From Octopus vulgaris (lineage: Eukaryota), in the NCBI GenBank assembly GCA_951406725.2, contig OX597817.1:46128001-46192000 (forward strand): a stretch of 64,000 nt of DNA, in the 5' to 3' direction. This document shows positions 12,151-26,422 of this stretch, piece by piece. The position numbers and the translations under genes are program-made. How positions within the stretch are numbered: the stretch's first letter is position 1; each line of letters starts with the position of its first letter. Under the pieces are notes generated by a model that was not told where the DNA came from, ran no database searches, and saw only the letters and a program-made list of their open reading frames with translations.

Positions 12151-12224
12151 AATATTCTACTGTCAAGTGTGGAAAAGTCTTTCAATTATTTGAAACGGAA
12201 TAGAAATACGTACACACGCAAGCT

Positions 12225-12265
<41 letters not shown>

Positions 12266-12826
12266 ATACACACACATACACACACACACACACACACTAA
12301 AGACAACAATGGATTTTGAAACACAACACTAGCATTGAAGTCTGAATTACGGTTCGCTTGGACATGAAAAACGGGAAAATAATGTTAGTCGTTCCCGTGG
12401 GTTTCGACGTATAAGTGTATGAAGGGAAGTTCAAGAGAGCAATAGAGAGAATAACAGAGACGACGTAGCTGCATCTATTTGCGATTGATGCGTGAATGCT
12501 TTTTGAGTCCTGGGATGGACTTTCCTCGGGTCGAAATGAGGACATTGATGATATTGATTTTGCCTGGGATTGGGCAAGTGTGTCTGCTGGTTACAGAATA
12601 TAGTTCTTATGGTCTCCACTCTACAGGGGAATACTTAGAATAGGACTATCCACTCTGTCTATATTTTCAAGTTAGCTATCTGTTCACCAATTCACTGGGG
12701 GGGGGCATTTCCCTTCCTACCCTCACAACTTTAAATGTGGATGAATAAATGTTAACATCAATTCAGACATTGGCACAGGTTCATTTTTACTTACAATGTG
12801 TTATGAAGGAATAATAATAATAATCG

Positions 12827-13036
12827 TTTCAAATTTTGCCACGAGAGCAGCCTATTGGAAGAGGGGATGAATCGATTACATTAACCCCAGTGTTTCATTC
12901 ACACTTAATTTATCGACCTCGAAAGGATGAAAGGCACAGTCGACCTTGACGGAATTTGAACTCAGAACGTAGCGACAGACGAAAGACCTCTAAGCATTTC
13001 ACCGACGTGCTAACTATTCTGCCATTTTGCCACCTT
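12827..13036 (-). mobile_element. tRNA-derived SINE family B, diverged
   Basis: Contains tcgacctcgaaaggatgaaaggc...ggaatttgaactcagaacg, shared with other family B copies. Confidence 0.75.
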
Positions 13037-13064
13037 AATAATGACAACAACAAGAATAATAATA

Positions 13065-13073
13065 ATAATGATG

Positions 13074-13148
<75 letters not shown>

Positions 13149-13200
13149 AAGAAGAAGAAGAAGAAGAAGAACAACAACAACAACAACAACAACAATAATA
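13065..13200. repeat. Compound triplet microsatellite (AAT)n(AAG)n(AAC)n
   Basis: Direct inspection; source of the poly-N/K and poly-L/F ORFs. Confidence 0.95.
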
Positions 13201-14488
13201 GTACTTTCTTTCTTGTGATCAAAGATTTGTCTTTGACGAAGTCGAAGTTGTTAAGGTACAAAGAACTCCATATGGAAGCAAGTAATATGGGAGGTCTGAT
13301 TGAAAAAACGGTAAACAGTGCGGAAGATATTGGTAAATATGAAAGATAACGCTTGCAACTTTGAATAGACTATAACAAATGCATTTACCAAAGACAAATG
13401 TGGTCTTATGTAAAAGATTCTATGCTAAATCACAGCAAACCTACAGAAAGAATAACCATTAAACAAACAACTACAACAATTCGTACACAGTTAATACTTC
13501 CTAGTGATAATAGAAAAAAGTATTGTTTCAAATGAATTCAGTTGAATAGAATACACGATCGAGGAAATTAGATAAAACATTAAAGCGATACAATTTACAC
13601 AATATAAAGGCAGACTGGAAATTAGTAGGATATCATACAACATCAGACAGAGAACCCCTTTATCAGGTACGTTAACCTCCTTTTAATAAATGACACGACC
13701 GCAAATATTTGGTATAGATATAACGGTTATGAAACCACTTATCCAATCTGCAAGTTGTGGTTGTAACAAATACTGCTGGTGTTGAAATAGAAATAAGACG
13801 ATATATGAGAGGAAAAGATAGGAAGCGAAATCTTACCAGAGGAAATTAATCCAAAGAACAAAAGTATCTGTATTACGTAAGGAGCAAGACATATAAAAAA
13901 ATACCATCCTAAACAAAAAAATGGAATGTTATACAGGAAACTGAAAATGAATGGCCGTCAGGGGAAAAGATGTATTTCCAAAAATGAAACCAAATATTTT
14001 ACCCATTCTAATGTTCTGAGAAAATAATCAAAATAATTATAAAGAATTTAACAGCAAAAATAATTAAAAAAAGAAATTTCTGGACAAATAGTACAAAGAT
14101 TATGGTTATGAGAAATGTGGGAACTGGAATAATTCCATGAATGAAATGAAACAAAAGCGTATAAAGATGAATCGAGTTTTAAAACGGAATGAAGAGATAT
14201 TAGGGAACAAGAAGGGAAAGCCATGGATTGTCATATCAGATGTAAAAACATTCTTGTCGTACGGGATGAAAAATCTACATGTATTCTTCAATATCATAGA
14301 ATTAAACGATTACACAAGTCAACACAGGCTTTCTGGCACATGGCTTATCAACGGTTTTTAGCTAATTTTGGTATGCTGGATCCAAATATGGCCTCCGATT
14401 TTCTCCATCACATCAGATTTTGGTGGTATAAAATATTTAATTTTGCTAGAAACAGCAATTTAATGTCCATAAAGAAAGAGTTAAACAT

Positions 14489-14633
14489 AGGCGTATGAGT
14501 TGCTGTGTGTTAAGTAGCTTGCTTACGAACCACCTGGTTCCGGGTTCAGTCACACTGCGTGACACTTTGGGCAAGTGTCTTCTACTATAGCCTCGGGACA
14601 ACCAAAGCATTGTGAGTGGATTTAGTAGACGTA

Positions 14634-14682
<49 letters not shown>

Positions 14683-14885
14683 ATGTTTGTATGTTTGGTA
14701 CCCACACATCGCTTGACAACCGATGCTGGTGTGTTTACGTCCCCTTAACTTAGTGGTTCGGCAAAAGAGACCGATGGAATAAGTACTAATCTTACAAAGA
14801 ATAAGTCCTGGGGTTGATTTGCTCGACTAAAGCCGGTGCTCCAGCATAGCCACAGTCAAATGACTGAAACAAATAAAAGAGTAAA
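14489..14885 (+). mobile_element. tRNA-derived SINE family A, near full length
   Basis: Head aggcgtatgagttgctgtgtg (A-box-like), ggttcagtc (B-box-like), internal (TA)n(TG)n, tail gactgaaacaaataaaagag. Confidence 0.85.
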
Positions 14886-15771
14886 GTGTTGAACGTATAT
14901 CAAAATTAGCATGACAAACCAGCCAAAATTTCTGCAAATAGTGGTGTAAAGGTAACATTCGATATGATCCAGGTAAATAAAGTTATGCACAGATGGCGCA
15001 AAAATGAGATATCATAGAACAAATCTTAGGTCAGTTTTGGAATCAGCTCTAAAAAATTAGTCTAAAACAGCTCTAAGATTTTATGCTAGAGAATAAAGTG
15101 TTTATTTTGTTGACCAGTGGTACACTACGATGTACATCATAATTACATGACTAACTGAATGCAGCAAATGCATGAGAAGCGAGTGGCACCCAAACCATAG
15201 CTCTTTACATGGTGTCCTAACTTTAACACGTTATAAAAACTCAGAGGAGTGTTATGGCTATTAATGATAAATCCTGGAGTTTAATTAAAAAATAAAGCAC
15301 TTCTAAAGCAAAATGGTATTTTGCAAACGATCTTGAAATGAAACATCATACTGAAGACTAAAATGCATGAAACTATCATGTAATTACGATTGCTAAAAGG
15401 ATCTTAGCTATGAGTTTTTTTTTCTGGTGAAACCATTTAAAAAGTTGTCTGAGGAACACATCATAACCCGAATTAAGAAGTTGTAAGAATGATCACTACA
15501 GGAAATGAATGAGGGGTCACTGTTCGAATAGGGTTGATTTTCCTTCAAGTGCAATAACTCCTAAAGCAAATAATACTCAAGGATTTTCTCTGTGTGGAAG
15601 ACAAGGTACGCTGAAGGTAATGAGAGAACTGCTACACAGTGTGCATTGTGTTACTAAGTAAATTTGCAAAGGATTCAGTTTTCGTAAATACGTGAAGAGC
15701 GATATGCTGGATAGGCATTAAAAGTAATTCGTGATGTTATGTGATAAACACAAACTTACAACAGAACAATG

Positions 15772-15986
15772 CTTTCTAATGTAGGCACAAGGCCTGAAAT
15801 TTAGTGAGGGAGGGGACTAGTCGATTACATCGGCTCCAGTGTTTCACTGGTACTTAATTTATCGATCCTGAAAGGATGAAAAGCAAAATCGACTTCGGCA
15901 GAAGTGGAACTCAGAGTGTAGCGGCGGACGAAGTGCCGCTAACCATTTTGTCCGGTGTGCTAACGATTCTGCGGGCTCGCCGCCTT
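15772..15986 (-). mobile_element. SINE family B
   Basis: Homology to the other family B copies, head included. Confidence 0.8.
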
Positions 15987-16358
15987 AATTTTACAGGAGA
16001 ATAATAACATCTGAAATAACAACAAAATGTGAAGATAATGTATATAGTATAATAGATAATACTGGAAACCAAACTTAAAATTACAAACAAAGAAAGTGCT
16101 ATGAATGAAATTTTCTACATGAGTAGTAGAATATATTTGTGAACACAGTGAACTAGGTCGAAAGCACAGGGTTAAAACTTAAGAGTAAATTCTTAATAAT
16201 TGCAGTCTCTTATCAATTAATACCCAACAGAATATATCGAATTAAAACTTCCCGGGAAGCCGTATACAAAAATTAAATGCATACAAAGTGGTGAATATGA
16301 CACAACAAATTAACCAGATTGTGTTTGGCATGCAGATTTAGACAGAAAACAAAAGAAA

Positions 16359-16737
16359 CAAGAGCGTCCAGCGAACGCAAACCTCCGCCAAAGCGATACT
16401 AATGTCATCTCAACGATTAGCTTGAGTTGATTTTTAAAATGAGAATATCTTAAATAAATTCGACTGCTCTCACAAACGAGAATGCTAAAACTGAACCCGA
16501 CCCCCTCTCAAAAATTAGGTAAAAAAAAAAAGAAAGAGAAAGAATCCAGAATCCTTGTCCGGTACCGGATCGATCCGCAAATCTAATCCGTTTGGGGAAA
16601 TTGCGAAGCCAAACATCCCCGAAAGATTCATCCGAATCTACGTAGCGGCTCTTGAGATATCTTGTCCACGCACAAACAAGCAAACAAACAATTACAACTG
16701 AAACAATACCTACGCCGTAGCGAAAGCGGAGGTAATT
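16359..16737 (-). mobile_element. Helentron/HINE-like element, copy 2
   Basis: Homologous to 11778-12150; subterminal acctccgcc, (TTTG)n, terminal hairpin. Confidence 0.6.
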
Positions 16738-17055
16738 ATAAACGAAACTATTCTAATATTGTGTAAAATAGACAGTACAACTATGGATATGGTAGAAACA
16801 TACACCATGGGTACTCTCAGAGAAAGACAAAATTACTTTGTTCGGGAATGAACTGATACCGTTGTTAAAATTATTTTCTGCAACTTCTCTAAATGGTATA
16901 TGAATTCGACGAAGAGTATATTTGTAAAACGAGCCACAATACCCAAGTTTATGACTAACTAGCAAACTTCCATGGTGACAGCATATCTACGATAACACAA
17001 GGCCAACATCTCAGATATCAAACGTATTCTAAGGACCAACATGCTATTTCAGCAC

Positions 17056-17446
17056 TCTCTTTTCCTTGTTTCAGTCATTTGACTGCGGCCATGCTGGAGC
17101 ATCGCTTTTAGTCGAGCTTTTAGTCAACCCCAGAGCTTATTCTTTGTAAGCCTAGTACTTATTCTATCGGTCTCTTTTGCCAAACCGCTAAGTTACGGGG
17201 ACGTAAACACACCAGCATCGGTTGTCAAGTGCTGTTAGGGGGACAAACACAGACACAGAAACACATATATGCATATGCATATATACGACGAGCTTCTTTC
17301 AGTTTCCGTCTACCAAATCCCTTCACAAGGCTTTGGTCAGCCCGAGGATATAGTAGAAGACACTTGCTCAAGTTGCCCCGCAGTAGGACTGAACCCGGAA
17401 CCATGTGGTTGGTAAGCAAGCTACTTACCACACAGCCACTCCTGAC
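17056..17446 (-). mobile_element. SINE family A
   Basis: Full-length reverse copy. Confidence 0.85.
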
Positions 17447-18042
17447 TTTTCTTCACTATGCAAGCACAGATACCCAATTTATTAGCGTGATTATTACTAA
17501 CGTATCTCGAACGCTCTTCCTGGTCTCCTTCCCGCCACCAAACACGCAATCACGAACACACCCTCACGCACATGATAGAACATTATTACTCAATTTCTCT
17601 CCGCCTGAGTGATTGGAAAAACTTTATTCATAATCATATCATCACATTCCAACACACAATTACCCTGTTTGTTTTTTTCCCCCCTTTTTCTCCTCTCCTT
17701 AAGTTGCTACAACGACTTTTGCGCATCTGAAACTATATACTGCATACCAATTCCCTCAAATCAAATCTAAGCCTATTGTGTCTAGAAATGCATACCAGAT
17801 ATTTAATCAATGTTTCCGATCAATTCTCCAAAGAACTGCGGCACTATTGATTCTACTCCCTGATATTGTTTCTCCTAGAGACATTAACTTAGAATATTAA
17901 GCACAACATCATCCGCATCAAATCCCGACCCACCAATGGATCCTGTATATAGTCGATCGAATAAATGAAAGAACTGCTTAAAATTTACACTATCAGTCTA
18001 AAAAGCGGAGGACACTTTGGGTAATACAATCACTTGCCACTC

Positions 18043-18293
18043 TTTTATTCTATTACTTGTTTCAGGCATATGACTGCGGCCATGCTGGAGCACCGCCTTT
18101 AGTCGAGCAAATCGCCCCCAGGACTTATTTTTTTGTAAGCCTAGTACTCATCCTATCGGTCTCTTTTGCCTAAGCGCTAAGTTACGGGGACGTAAACACA
18201 ACAACGTCTGTTGTCAAGTGCTGTTGGGGGACAAACACAGACACACAAACGTATACACATGCATACGTATATATACACATATATATATATGTA

Positions 18294-18358
<65 letters not shown>

Positions 18359-18578
18359 GTGTGTGTGTGTCGAAAATAAAATGAAGGAATTTTGTTCATT
18401 TGTCGTTCAACTCCATTCTTTCATTTATTTGTATTTAAAAAAACACACAAATTTCCACACGATAGCACGTGATCTCTGCTCTAGGCATGTAGCTTCAAAC
18501 GTGTTTTTCTGACGTGAATTTGCTACCCAGGTATCGGTTAACCGAATTATCCATAATAAGATAATTCATTCAACTACT

Positions 18579-18627
<49 letters not shown>

Positions 18628-18788
18628 TACGACGGGCTTCTTTTCAGTTTCCGTCTACCAAATCCACTCACAAGGTTTTCGTCGGCCCGACGCTATAGTA
18701 GAAGACACTTGCCCAAGGTGCCACGCAGTTGGACTGAACTCGGAACCATGTGGTTCGTAAGCAAACTACTTACCACACAGCCACTCCT
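18043..18788 (-). mobile_element. SINE family A split by a ~220-bp insert in its internal (TA)n
   Basis: 3' half at 18043-18260, 5' half at 18626-18788, unrelated sequence at 18370-18582 between two (TA)n runs. Confidence 0.8.
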
Positions 18789-21028
18789 CTTTAAAAAGCT
18801 ATTTGAAAAAAAAATAAAGCAACATAAATGCGGGCTGTAATATTTTGCAGTATAGGTTTAGCGGATTAAAGCTCCGCTGGCGTGAAATACCAACACAAGT
18901 TTGTGAGTGCCCACAGACATGGAAGTTGTGCATCTCAGTTGCAGAATAAGCGAAAGTGAACATCGATGAGGAGAGTACGGCAACGATGATGAAAGATTAG
19001 AGATTTAAGAGTGACAAGGGGTATCAATTTCGAAATGCAGATGTTTGACTAGAAAGGAAAATATCTAAATAAATGCCAATATAGAATTCACAAGCAAATC
19101 GCATTCCATCTGAATATTGGTTTCAAATTCTGGTACGAGACTAGCAATTCCGGGTGAGGGGTTAAGTCTATTACATTGCCTCCAGCATCGAACTAGTACT
19201 TAATTAATCGATTCCGAAAGAATGAAAGGTACAGACGAAGTTTTGTCACTGAACAGGTCACGGTTTCAAAGCGACGAAAATTTCTGGACACAAGTTAAAT
19301 TTAAATGTTAAAGTGAATCTAAGGGATTTTGTGAGTTTTTAAAGGACTTATAAATATCTTCCACATTGCAATTGTGGGGGAGAAGAGTGCAAAACAAGGT
19401 AAGTCCCCTAAACACGGCTGTTTCGTGTCCTAAACTTCATATGGCCAGTTACACAATTTTTATGGTGCATAAGTGACTGTGAACGTAGCGTCCAATAATA
19501 CAACACATCATAAGGTCCTGGGACCGAAACCACGGTTATCAATCCCTGAGTTCAACTCCCTGACCACTAGTTTACTCGCCTTAAGGGAAAGAGAAGCAGA
19601 AAGAAATAGATTTTATTGTTTCACTTACACGTTTCTGTTTTTGCCGTTAAATAAATATGAGTGAGCTGGTTTCATTTTTATCCACTATTCTCCGTGACCT
19701 GAGTCTAATTTTTATCTTTCCAATTGATACTAAAGCTTTATTGCCAACTACCTTATTGTTTAAATCTTATATTTCGTTCTGTGTATACATACTGGCGTTT
19801 GAGTTGTATCAATTACATTTTGTTAAAATGTCGGTTAACATACGTCAGTCGCTTCCTTGCCTGCTTGCTTTCTCGTATTGCTGATAAATCCGTGATAAAG
19901 TAGACTTGTTGTCGTAGCGTAACAGGATATCTGTTTTGAAATCCACTTAAGCTATCGAGCAAATCCTTCAATAAGCAAAAATGCCTAGGAACTCGTGACT
20001 GGGTGAATCTGTCAACTAGAAAAATATGTTATCTCATCACGTGGTGATAGATACAGAAACAATTCCTACTTACTAGAATGACTAACAGGCGGCTGTGACG
20101 TTGGTAATGTAGATGAGAACGAGAGGCAGTGATTTATTTTTCGTTATATTTTAGTAGTAGTTTTGTGCATTAATTCTTTTTTTCTAATATTTGATGGGTT
20201 TTTGTTTTTGTTTTTTTTTGCGAAGGAAATAAAGGAAGCGTTTAGATGCTGCTCTGTATTATTCGATCACGAAGAAATTGAAGTGACGAAGAATACTGAA
20301 GGATTGAGATGGCTGAAAAAAGTAAAAGATGATATATAGGTGATGAGGGGATTGGGGAGAAAGGGAGTCATAGAAACGAAGTGAATAATATTAGGTATCG
20401 GAAAACATTTCAAAATGTGAATAGATAGCATGAAGGACTCAAAGAAGAAGACGATGAACTCAAGAGAAAAAGAGAGGTGGATATAAGAAGGTAGATGTTA
20501 TAAGGAACAGAAGCAGAATGCTGATGAGGTGGAAGAAAAGTGTAAGAGATTTTTTATTCAACTTTAAAACTTGACAATGCATTTTGTTAATGATGATTTC
20601 GCGAACGGCATTCAAGAGTATGGAGGTGAAACAGTTAATCTAAGCAGCTTATGATATTTAAGCTTATTTTCTTCTACTTTTACCTTCAAAAACAGCTTTA
20701 TATTTTCTTCCTCTAGGATATAGGAAACAAGATGTTTACAAGCGGCGATTTAATCGGCTATCCAATGACTCCAGACATGTCGAGCATTTTACTGCTAGTC
20801 GATAATTCAAATGGTAGCCCGGCCAGATTTAATCTTACGGCTTGCAGTTGTAGAAAAAATTCTTGGTCCAATATATTGGAACAATCTTGAATTTAATCCG
20901 CCCAACGACGTCTTTGTTCAAAGATACCAATGATAGAAATCGCAACAAGAGGGAAAACGCATACATACGCATACATTCAAATGCATATATGAATTATGTA
21001 TATACATATTTACATGAATGTATATACA

Positions 21029-21110
<82 letters not shown>

Positions 21111-21295
21111 CATACATACATACATACCAACATATATTCTATTATTTTGTTTCCATTTCTAATGTATATATGTTTTATCATGGCTACCGAATAACTGTAA
21201 CATTTACAGATAAATTCCTCTATTTACATAATATCGAGGTCTCTTTCATTCTTTTTTTGTCTTACCATATATATATATATATATATGTATGTATA

Positions 21296-21330
<35 letters not shown>

Positions 21331-21337
21331 GTGTATA

Positions 21338-21441
<104 letters not shown>

Positions 21442-22324
21442 TGTATGTATTTATGTAAATATGGGTAACTGTATGTGTATATGTACATATATTAAATTGT
21501 ATGCATTCATCGGTCTATAGAGGCTGCCTTGATATGTAAGTTGGTGTTTTAAACCTGCTGCTAAAGGGAGAATATTATCTACGGCAAACCGCGGTGATAA
21601 ACGAACTTTTTACAGGTCAAATATGTCGCAGACATATATGAAATGATTTAAAATTGTTTAATTCATAACTCTGCTTTGGAGTGCCCAATACGAGTATGTA
21701 TGGGAGGAGTGGGAGTGAGTGTGTGTGTGTGTGTGTGTCATCTATAGATACGAGGTAACGTTTATAACCAAAGCATGCTATATAGATGTATATGTCTGCG
21801 ACAATTAAATATTTTGCCGCGTGTCAGAAAAGTTAAGTTGAAAATTCACTGAATTTGAATCTCTTCTATTCATGTGTGAAACTCTTTACTATACAATGAA
21901 TCAAGAAGAACAGCTTCAAGATATACTTGGAGATATAATAACAAATACTTTTGAAACTATATTTTAAAATGCATCTTTCAGAAGTATTCAGCAGAAATGC
22001 CCAGATAGCTTTATAAAGAAGACTTTAGAGCTATGTAAATAAATACAATATTGAGTAGACGTACGGAAGTTTAATAAATAGCCAGGGGCATATCTATTAA
22101 AGTTACTCTATACTGAGACAGAATTGTAATTCTAACAATAGTTTTCTTTGTCCCTGGTGTATAGAGTCCAGTTGAAATCGTATTTCTTAAATGTTCTTCC
22201 TGGTTAAAGAAGTCTATCTTTGTGTTCTCTAAATGTACCCCTCGTTCCTGAAACTCAGACTTGTCTCCATTTCATAACTATTTAATGTATACGACTGGAG
22301 CTGTTTCTACTTCAGTTACGCTAT

Positions 22325-22364
<40 letters not shown>

Positions 22365-22702
22365 CACACACACACACGCACACACACACATACATACACA
22401 CACATAGCTAGAGAAATGCATGTTCGTATATACAGACACATACAGACATTTACGAGTACGAATATATATGATAATTTAGTCGGGTCGGTGTCATTCTTTT
22501 CAAGAATTTGAATATCTCCACAAAGAACATTTACAGATGGAAGGGCACGATAGTGAGCAAAGAGGTAATTTTGTAATAATGTTAATTTTGACAGTGACTT
22601 CAAATTTTGCTTCTAGGGTTCGTCAACTAGTACTGGATAAAGACGTTAGTCTTAGATCAATCAATCTATCTATTTATTTATTTATTTATATATCAATAAA
22701 TC

Positions 22703-22753
<51 letters not shown>

Positions 22754-22771
22754 TGCGGGTATGTGTGTTAT

Positions 22772-24446
22772 CTCAAATTGCACCCGATTGTTGCAGGACC
22801 TGTATCTAGCACCCAAAAATTAAGCAACTTCTGGTCATAATTTTAAAATTATGTATATTGGCTCCCAGTTTCATCAGAGAGGACATGGACCTCTTAAGTC
22901 ATATCCCAGAACAGGCAGATAAAGAGATAGTAATAGTTAGCCTTTGATGTAATTAATCTCTACACAAATATTCCCCATATATATGGACTAGAAGCAGTAG
23001 AATTCTGGATAAATCAATGCCTACAGAGAATTCATCAGAAATTCTCCAAAGAATTTATACTTGATGGTTTACAGATAGTGCTGGAAAACAACTCCGTTTT
23101 CTTTGATAATCAATATTATCTACAAATACAAGGCACTACGATGGGGAAGAAAGTCGTACCAACATTTGCCACACTAGTTATGGGATAAGCAGAACAAATC
23201 TATACCCTCTCCAGAACTACTTTTGACCACCACTTTCAAACCTACCTTATAGGAAAAGATTCTTACATTTTGGGACCGAAATAAGGAGGACCTTTCAAAA
23301 TTTCTTAAATTAGTAAATAGCATACAAGTCTCAATATAATTCACTATGGAAATGAATAAAAATGAACTCCCCTTCTTGGACATCCTGATAATAATAAAAT
23401 GAGACACTTACAACTGACTTCTACTATAAAAACTCAGACACACACCACGATTTAGATTTTAGATCTAGCAGCCATTCCTATTCAAAAGGGAACGTACCAC
23501 TTAATATGGCAAACCGCATATGCTCAATAATCGCAGATACTGTTAAACGGAAGAAATGGCTGGCAAAACTTAATATATTTCTTCCTAACCAAAACTATCC
23601 TAACACGTTACTTCAACATGCTATAACTCAAGCAAATGAAAACCCGATCCCTACATTGCGGAGAAACACTCAGGCTAGGTGTGGAAATAAAAATTTAAAT
23701 ATTTCCTTTGTAGCAGCCCACAACCCTATAAAGCATAAGATTCTGAACTCAGCCAAACGATACCTCCTAATCAACAAATCTACTAAAAGTTTAAAAACCA
23801 CAAATTATCAACAGTCAATGACAACCACTTAATCTCACAAGATTCGTAACAAAGGTGAGATTCACACTTGAAAAAGAAACGATGTAAATAACCAAGTGTG
23901 GAGACCCTCGTTGTGGGACACGTTAATTAATGGAGCAAGGGTCAACCAAAAGACACAAAAATGGGAGGAATTAAAAGTGAATGCAAGCATAAATTGAAAA
24001 CCAAAAAAGACTTATCTACTGCATCTCATGCTCACAATGCAATGAAAAGTAGCTACATTGGGGAGACAGGAAAGAATGTGACCAGCCGTGTAAGTGTTCC
24101 TGAACAACAAATTAGGGATTCATCTCTTAGGAATGTCTCATGTAGTGAATATCTAGATAACCGTGCGAATGGAAAATTTTAAATATTCCCTTTTACAAAA
24201 TAAACGATGAAAATGTATTACTACGAAAGACAAATGAATAACTTATAAGAATTTTAAATAAGAAAACAAACCGAAAATAGCCCCCACTCCACACAATGTA
24301 CAACAAAGAATATTTAATGACTAAAAGCAAAAGTCGGAATATAAAACACACCAGAAAAAACTTCTCCAAAATGATCAGTAATATCGTCATTGAAGATATC
24401 ATTTTTTTTAAAGAATGATTTTTAAAAAATCAACTTTACAACTCAG
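22772..24446 (+). mobile_element. Decayed Penelope-like element (Neptune-like): RT, linker, GIY-YIG, 3' tail
   Basis: Frameshifted peptides HPIVAGPVSSTQKLS, PSFIREDMDLL, FDVINLYTNIP, YLQIQGTTMG, FTMEMNKNELPFLDIL, MANRICSII, KCGDPRCG, SYIGETGKNVTSR. Ends at (TA)n. Confidence 0.9.
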
Positions 24447-24512
24447 TATATATGTATACATATACAAATACACAAACACACGCACACATTTGCATACACA
24501 CACACATATGTC

Positions 24513-24559
<47 letters not shown>

Positions 24560-24673
24560 ATATTTCGGAATGGTCATATTGCCAGTTTAGCCAATAAAAA
24601 CACACGCACTATATATTTGGTGTTATTTTGCTTCAGTGATATTTATTTTTTACATTAATCTTAATCTTATTTC

Positions 24674-24718
24674 GGCCAAAGTTCTTTCGTCACACTCCTG
24701 TGACCGCATCAGTGGTCC
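24674..24718 (-). ncRNA. Degenerate minimal hammerhead-like motif in the PLE 3' tail
   Basis: GGACCA-CUGAUGC-G-GUCAC(AGGAGU)GUGAC-GAAA-GAACUU-UGGCC; the core deviates at A9. Confidence 0.45.
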
Positions 24719-25236
24719 TTTGTTTTCTTCTCACTTACTTGTGTCTCTCCTTACTAACCGTCAGCCATTTTGTATTTCTATTGTATGTCTTCATTTGCGC
24801 ATGCTTATATCTCTATGTGCGTCTATGTTTATTTAGTGTGTGGGGGGGATGTCTGTAATATTTGTATCTTCTGGTTATATACATTCTTGTAATTTGTATT
24901 TTGTTTTTGTTGTTGTTGCTTTTGTTCTAATTTTGTTCATGTGTTTACATCCACCCATTATTATCATTACATATGCTTGTATGTATGTATAACAACAATA
25001 TTAGTAATAATAATAATAAATCTAATCGAGAAAAAAAAAAAAAGAAAAAAAAAAAGAATATACATATACATATATATATATACATACATATACATATACA
25101 TATATATATATACATATATACACACACATATACACATATACATATACACATATATACACATATACATACACATAGATATTCATTTCTATTTCTTTAATTA
25201 CCTGTGTATTTATTATGTTTGCAGGATCCACTATTG

Positions 25237-25805
25237 TCATATGTTGTGGTGTGCGCTATTGCTCCATTCTAGTTTTCTATTCAGGCTAGGTTTATTTTCT
25301 ATTATATGTGTAGCTTCTGTAATTTGTCTAATTGTTGCATCTGTTCTATGTGTGGACAATATCTTAATCTCTATGTTATTGATTGATCCCCCGTGTTCTT
25401 GTTCGGCGTGTTGGTACAGAATCGATGAGCTTTTACCTTCCTTGAGTTGTCTCCAATGGTCATTCACCCGCTCACCAATGCTTCTTGCAGTTTCCCCTAC
25501 GTATGTTACTGTCTTGTTACTGCATCTTCCCTCTATACATCTTATACTATAGACCACATTTCTGGCTTTACAGTTCGTTTGTGGGCTAAATCTACATACA
25601 GTGCAATAGTTATCCGTACAGAGAGTTCTACTAAAAGGATAGGTTCTACCAATTATAGATCTGATAGGGTTGCCTGGCTTTTCAACAACCTTAATTCTTA
25701 GTTTAAGTTTATCTAGGGTCCTTCTAAAGCGGTACGCTAGTTCACCTCCAGGGGTGGTGTCAACGAACATGACACTCTGGTATTTATGGCTATCATACCA
25801 GAGTT
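25237..25805 (-). pseudogene. PLE linker and GIY-YIG endonuclease domain
   Basis: VVYSIRC...TYVGETARS...ITEATHI...PSLN in the ORF track. Confidence 0.9.
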
Positions 25806-26383
25806 GGCCTTCCTTATTTTCTTTTTTGTCCTTTCTATAGTGTTCCATGACTTGTTCCTATAGAGTGGGCAAATCCCATTCCTATCATTACATAATATAT
25901 TATCAAATTTCTTCATGGCTCCTTTGTATACTCTGATCCTTTCTTTATGGCTGTAACCTGAGAACTGCATGCGGTGAATGAAATACTGTATGTGTCTCTT
26001 TAATTCTGTAGGCTCGCACATGCGTGACACATTTCTCATTATTCTGACGAGGTCTGCCATCAAAATATTGAATTTGGCATTGCCCGCAATGGCTGAGTTC
26101 CGGTGGATCAGGTATTTTGAGGCCATAGGTTTTGCATAGTATGAATGAAGGATTTGGGTTTTATTTTTCACAATTTCTAGCCAGAGTTCAGTGTCTAGTA
26201 CTGGTAGTCTATGGTTGGGGTGTTTAGTGGGGTAGTCTATTGTGACCTTAATACTCTGGTGGATGGAGTTAGCTATTTGCTGGATGCTCTCCATAGTATT
26301 AGTTTCTATTACTATATCAACCGTACTCTCTTGTGGGGGTGCCTTTACTACTATATTGATATCATCAACAACATAGCGAGAAT
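25806..26383 (-). pseudogene. PLE reverse transcriptase C-terminal half/thumb
   Basis: ORF 25737-26294 plus the upstream YVVDD motif. Confidence 0.85.
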
Positions 26384-26422
26384 AAAGAATGCCTACTGCA
26401 GAAATCCATACTCGTAAACATG

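Larger units (their letters stand above)
13220..17050 (+). mobile_element. Highly decayed RTE-like LINE interrupted by SINEs and a HINE-like element
   Basis: Purine-rich plus strand with weak fragments reminiscent of RTE ORF2 (NKKGK/MDC near 14200; VETYT, DKITLF and NGI*IRR near 16800-16920). Many stops. Confidence 0.3.
24553..26383 (-). mobile_element. 5'-truncated Penelope-like element (Naiad-like), left arm of a head-to-head pair
   Basis: [70 protein letters not shown]. One frameshift near 25805; 3' tail ends in (TA)n. Confidence 0.9.

Noticed and set aside
18854-18905. Candidate short exon YRFSGLKLRWREIPTQV between ttgcag and gtgagt
   Set aside because: Too short to support without transcript evidence.
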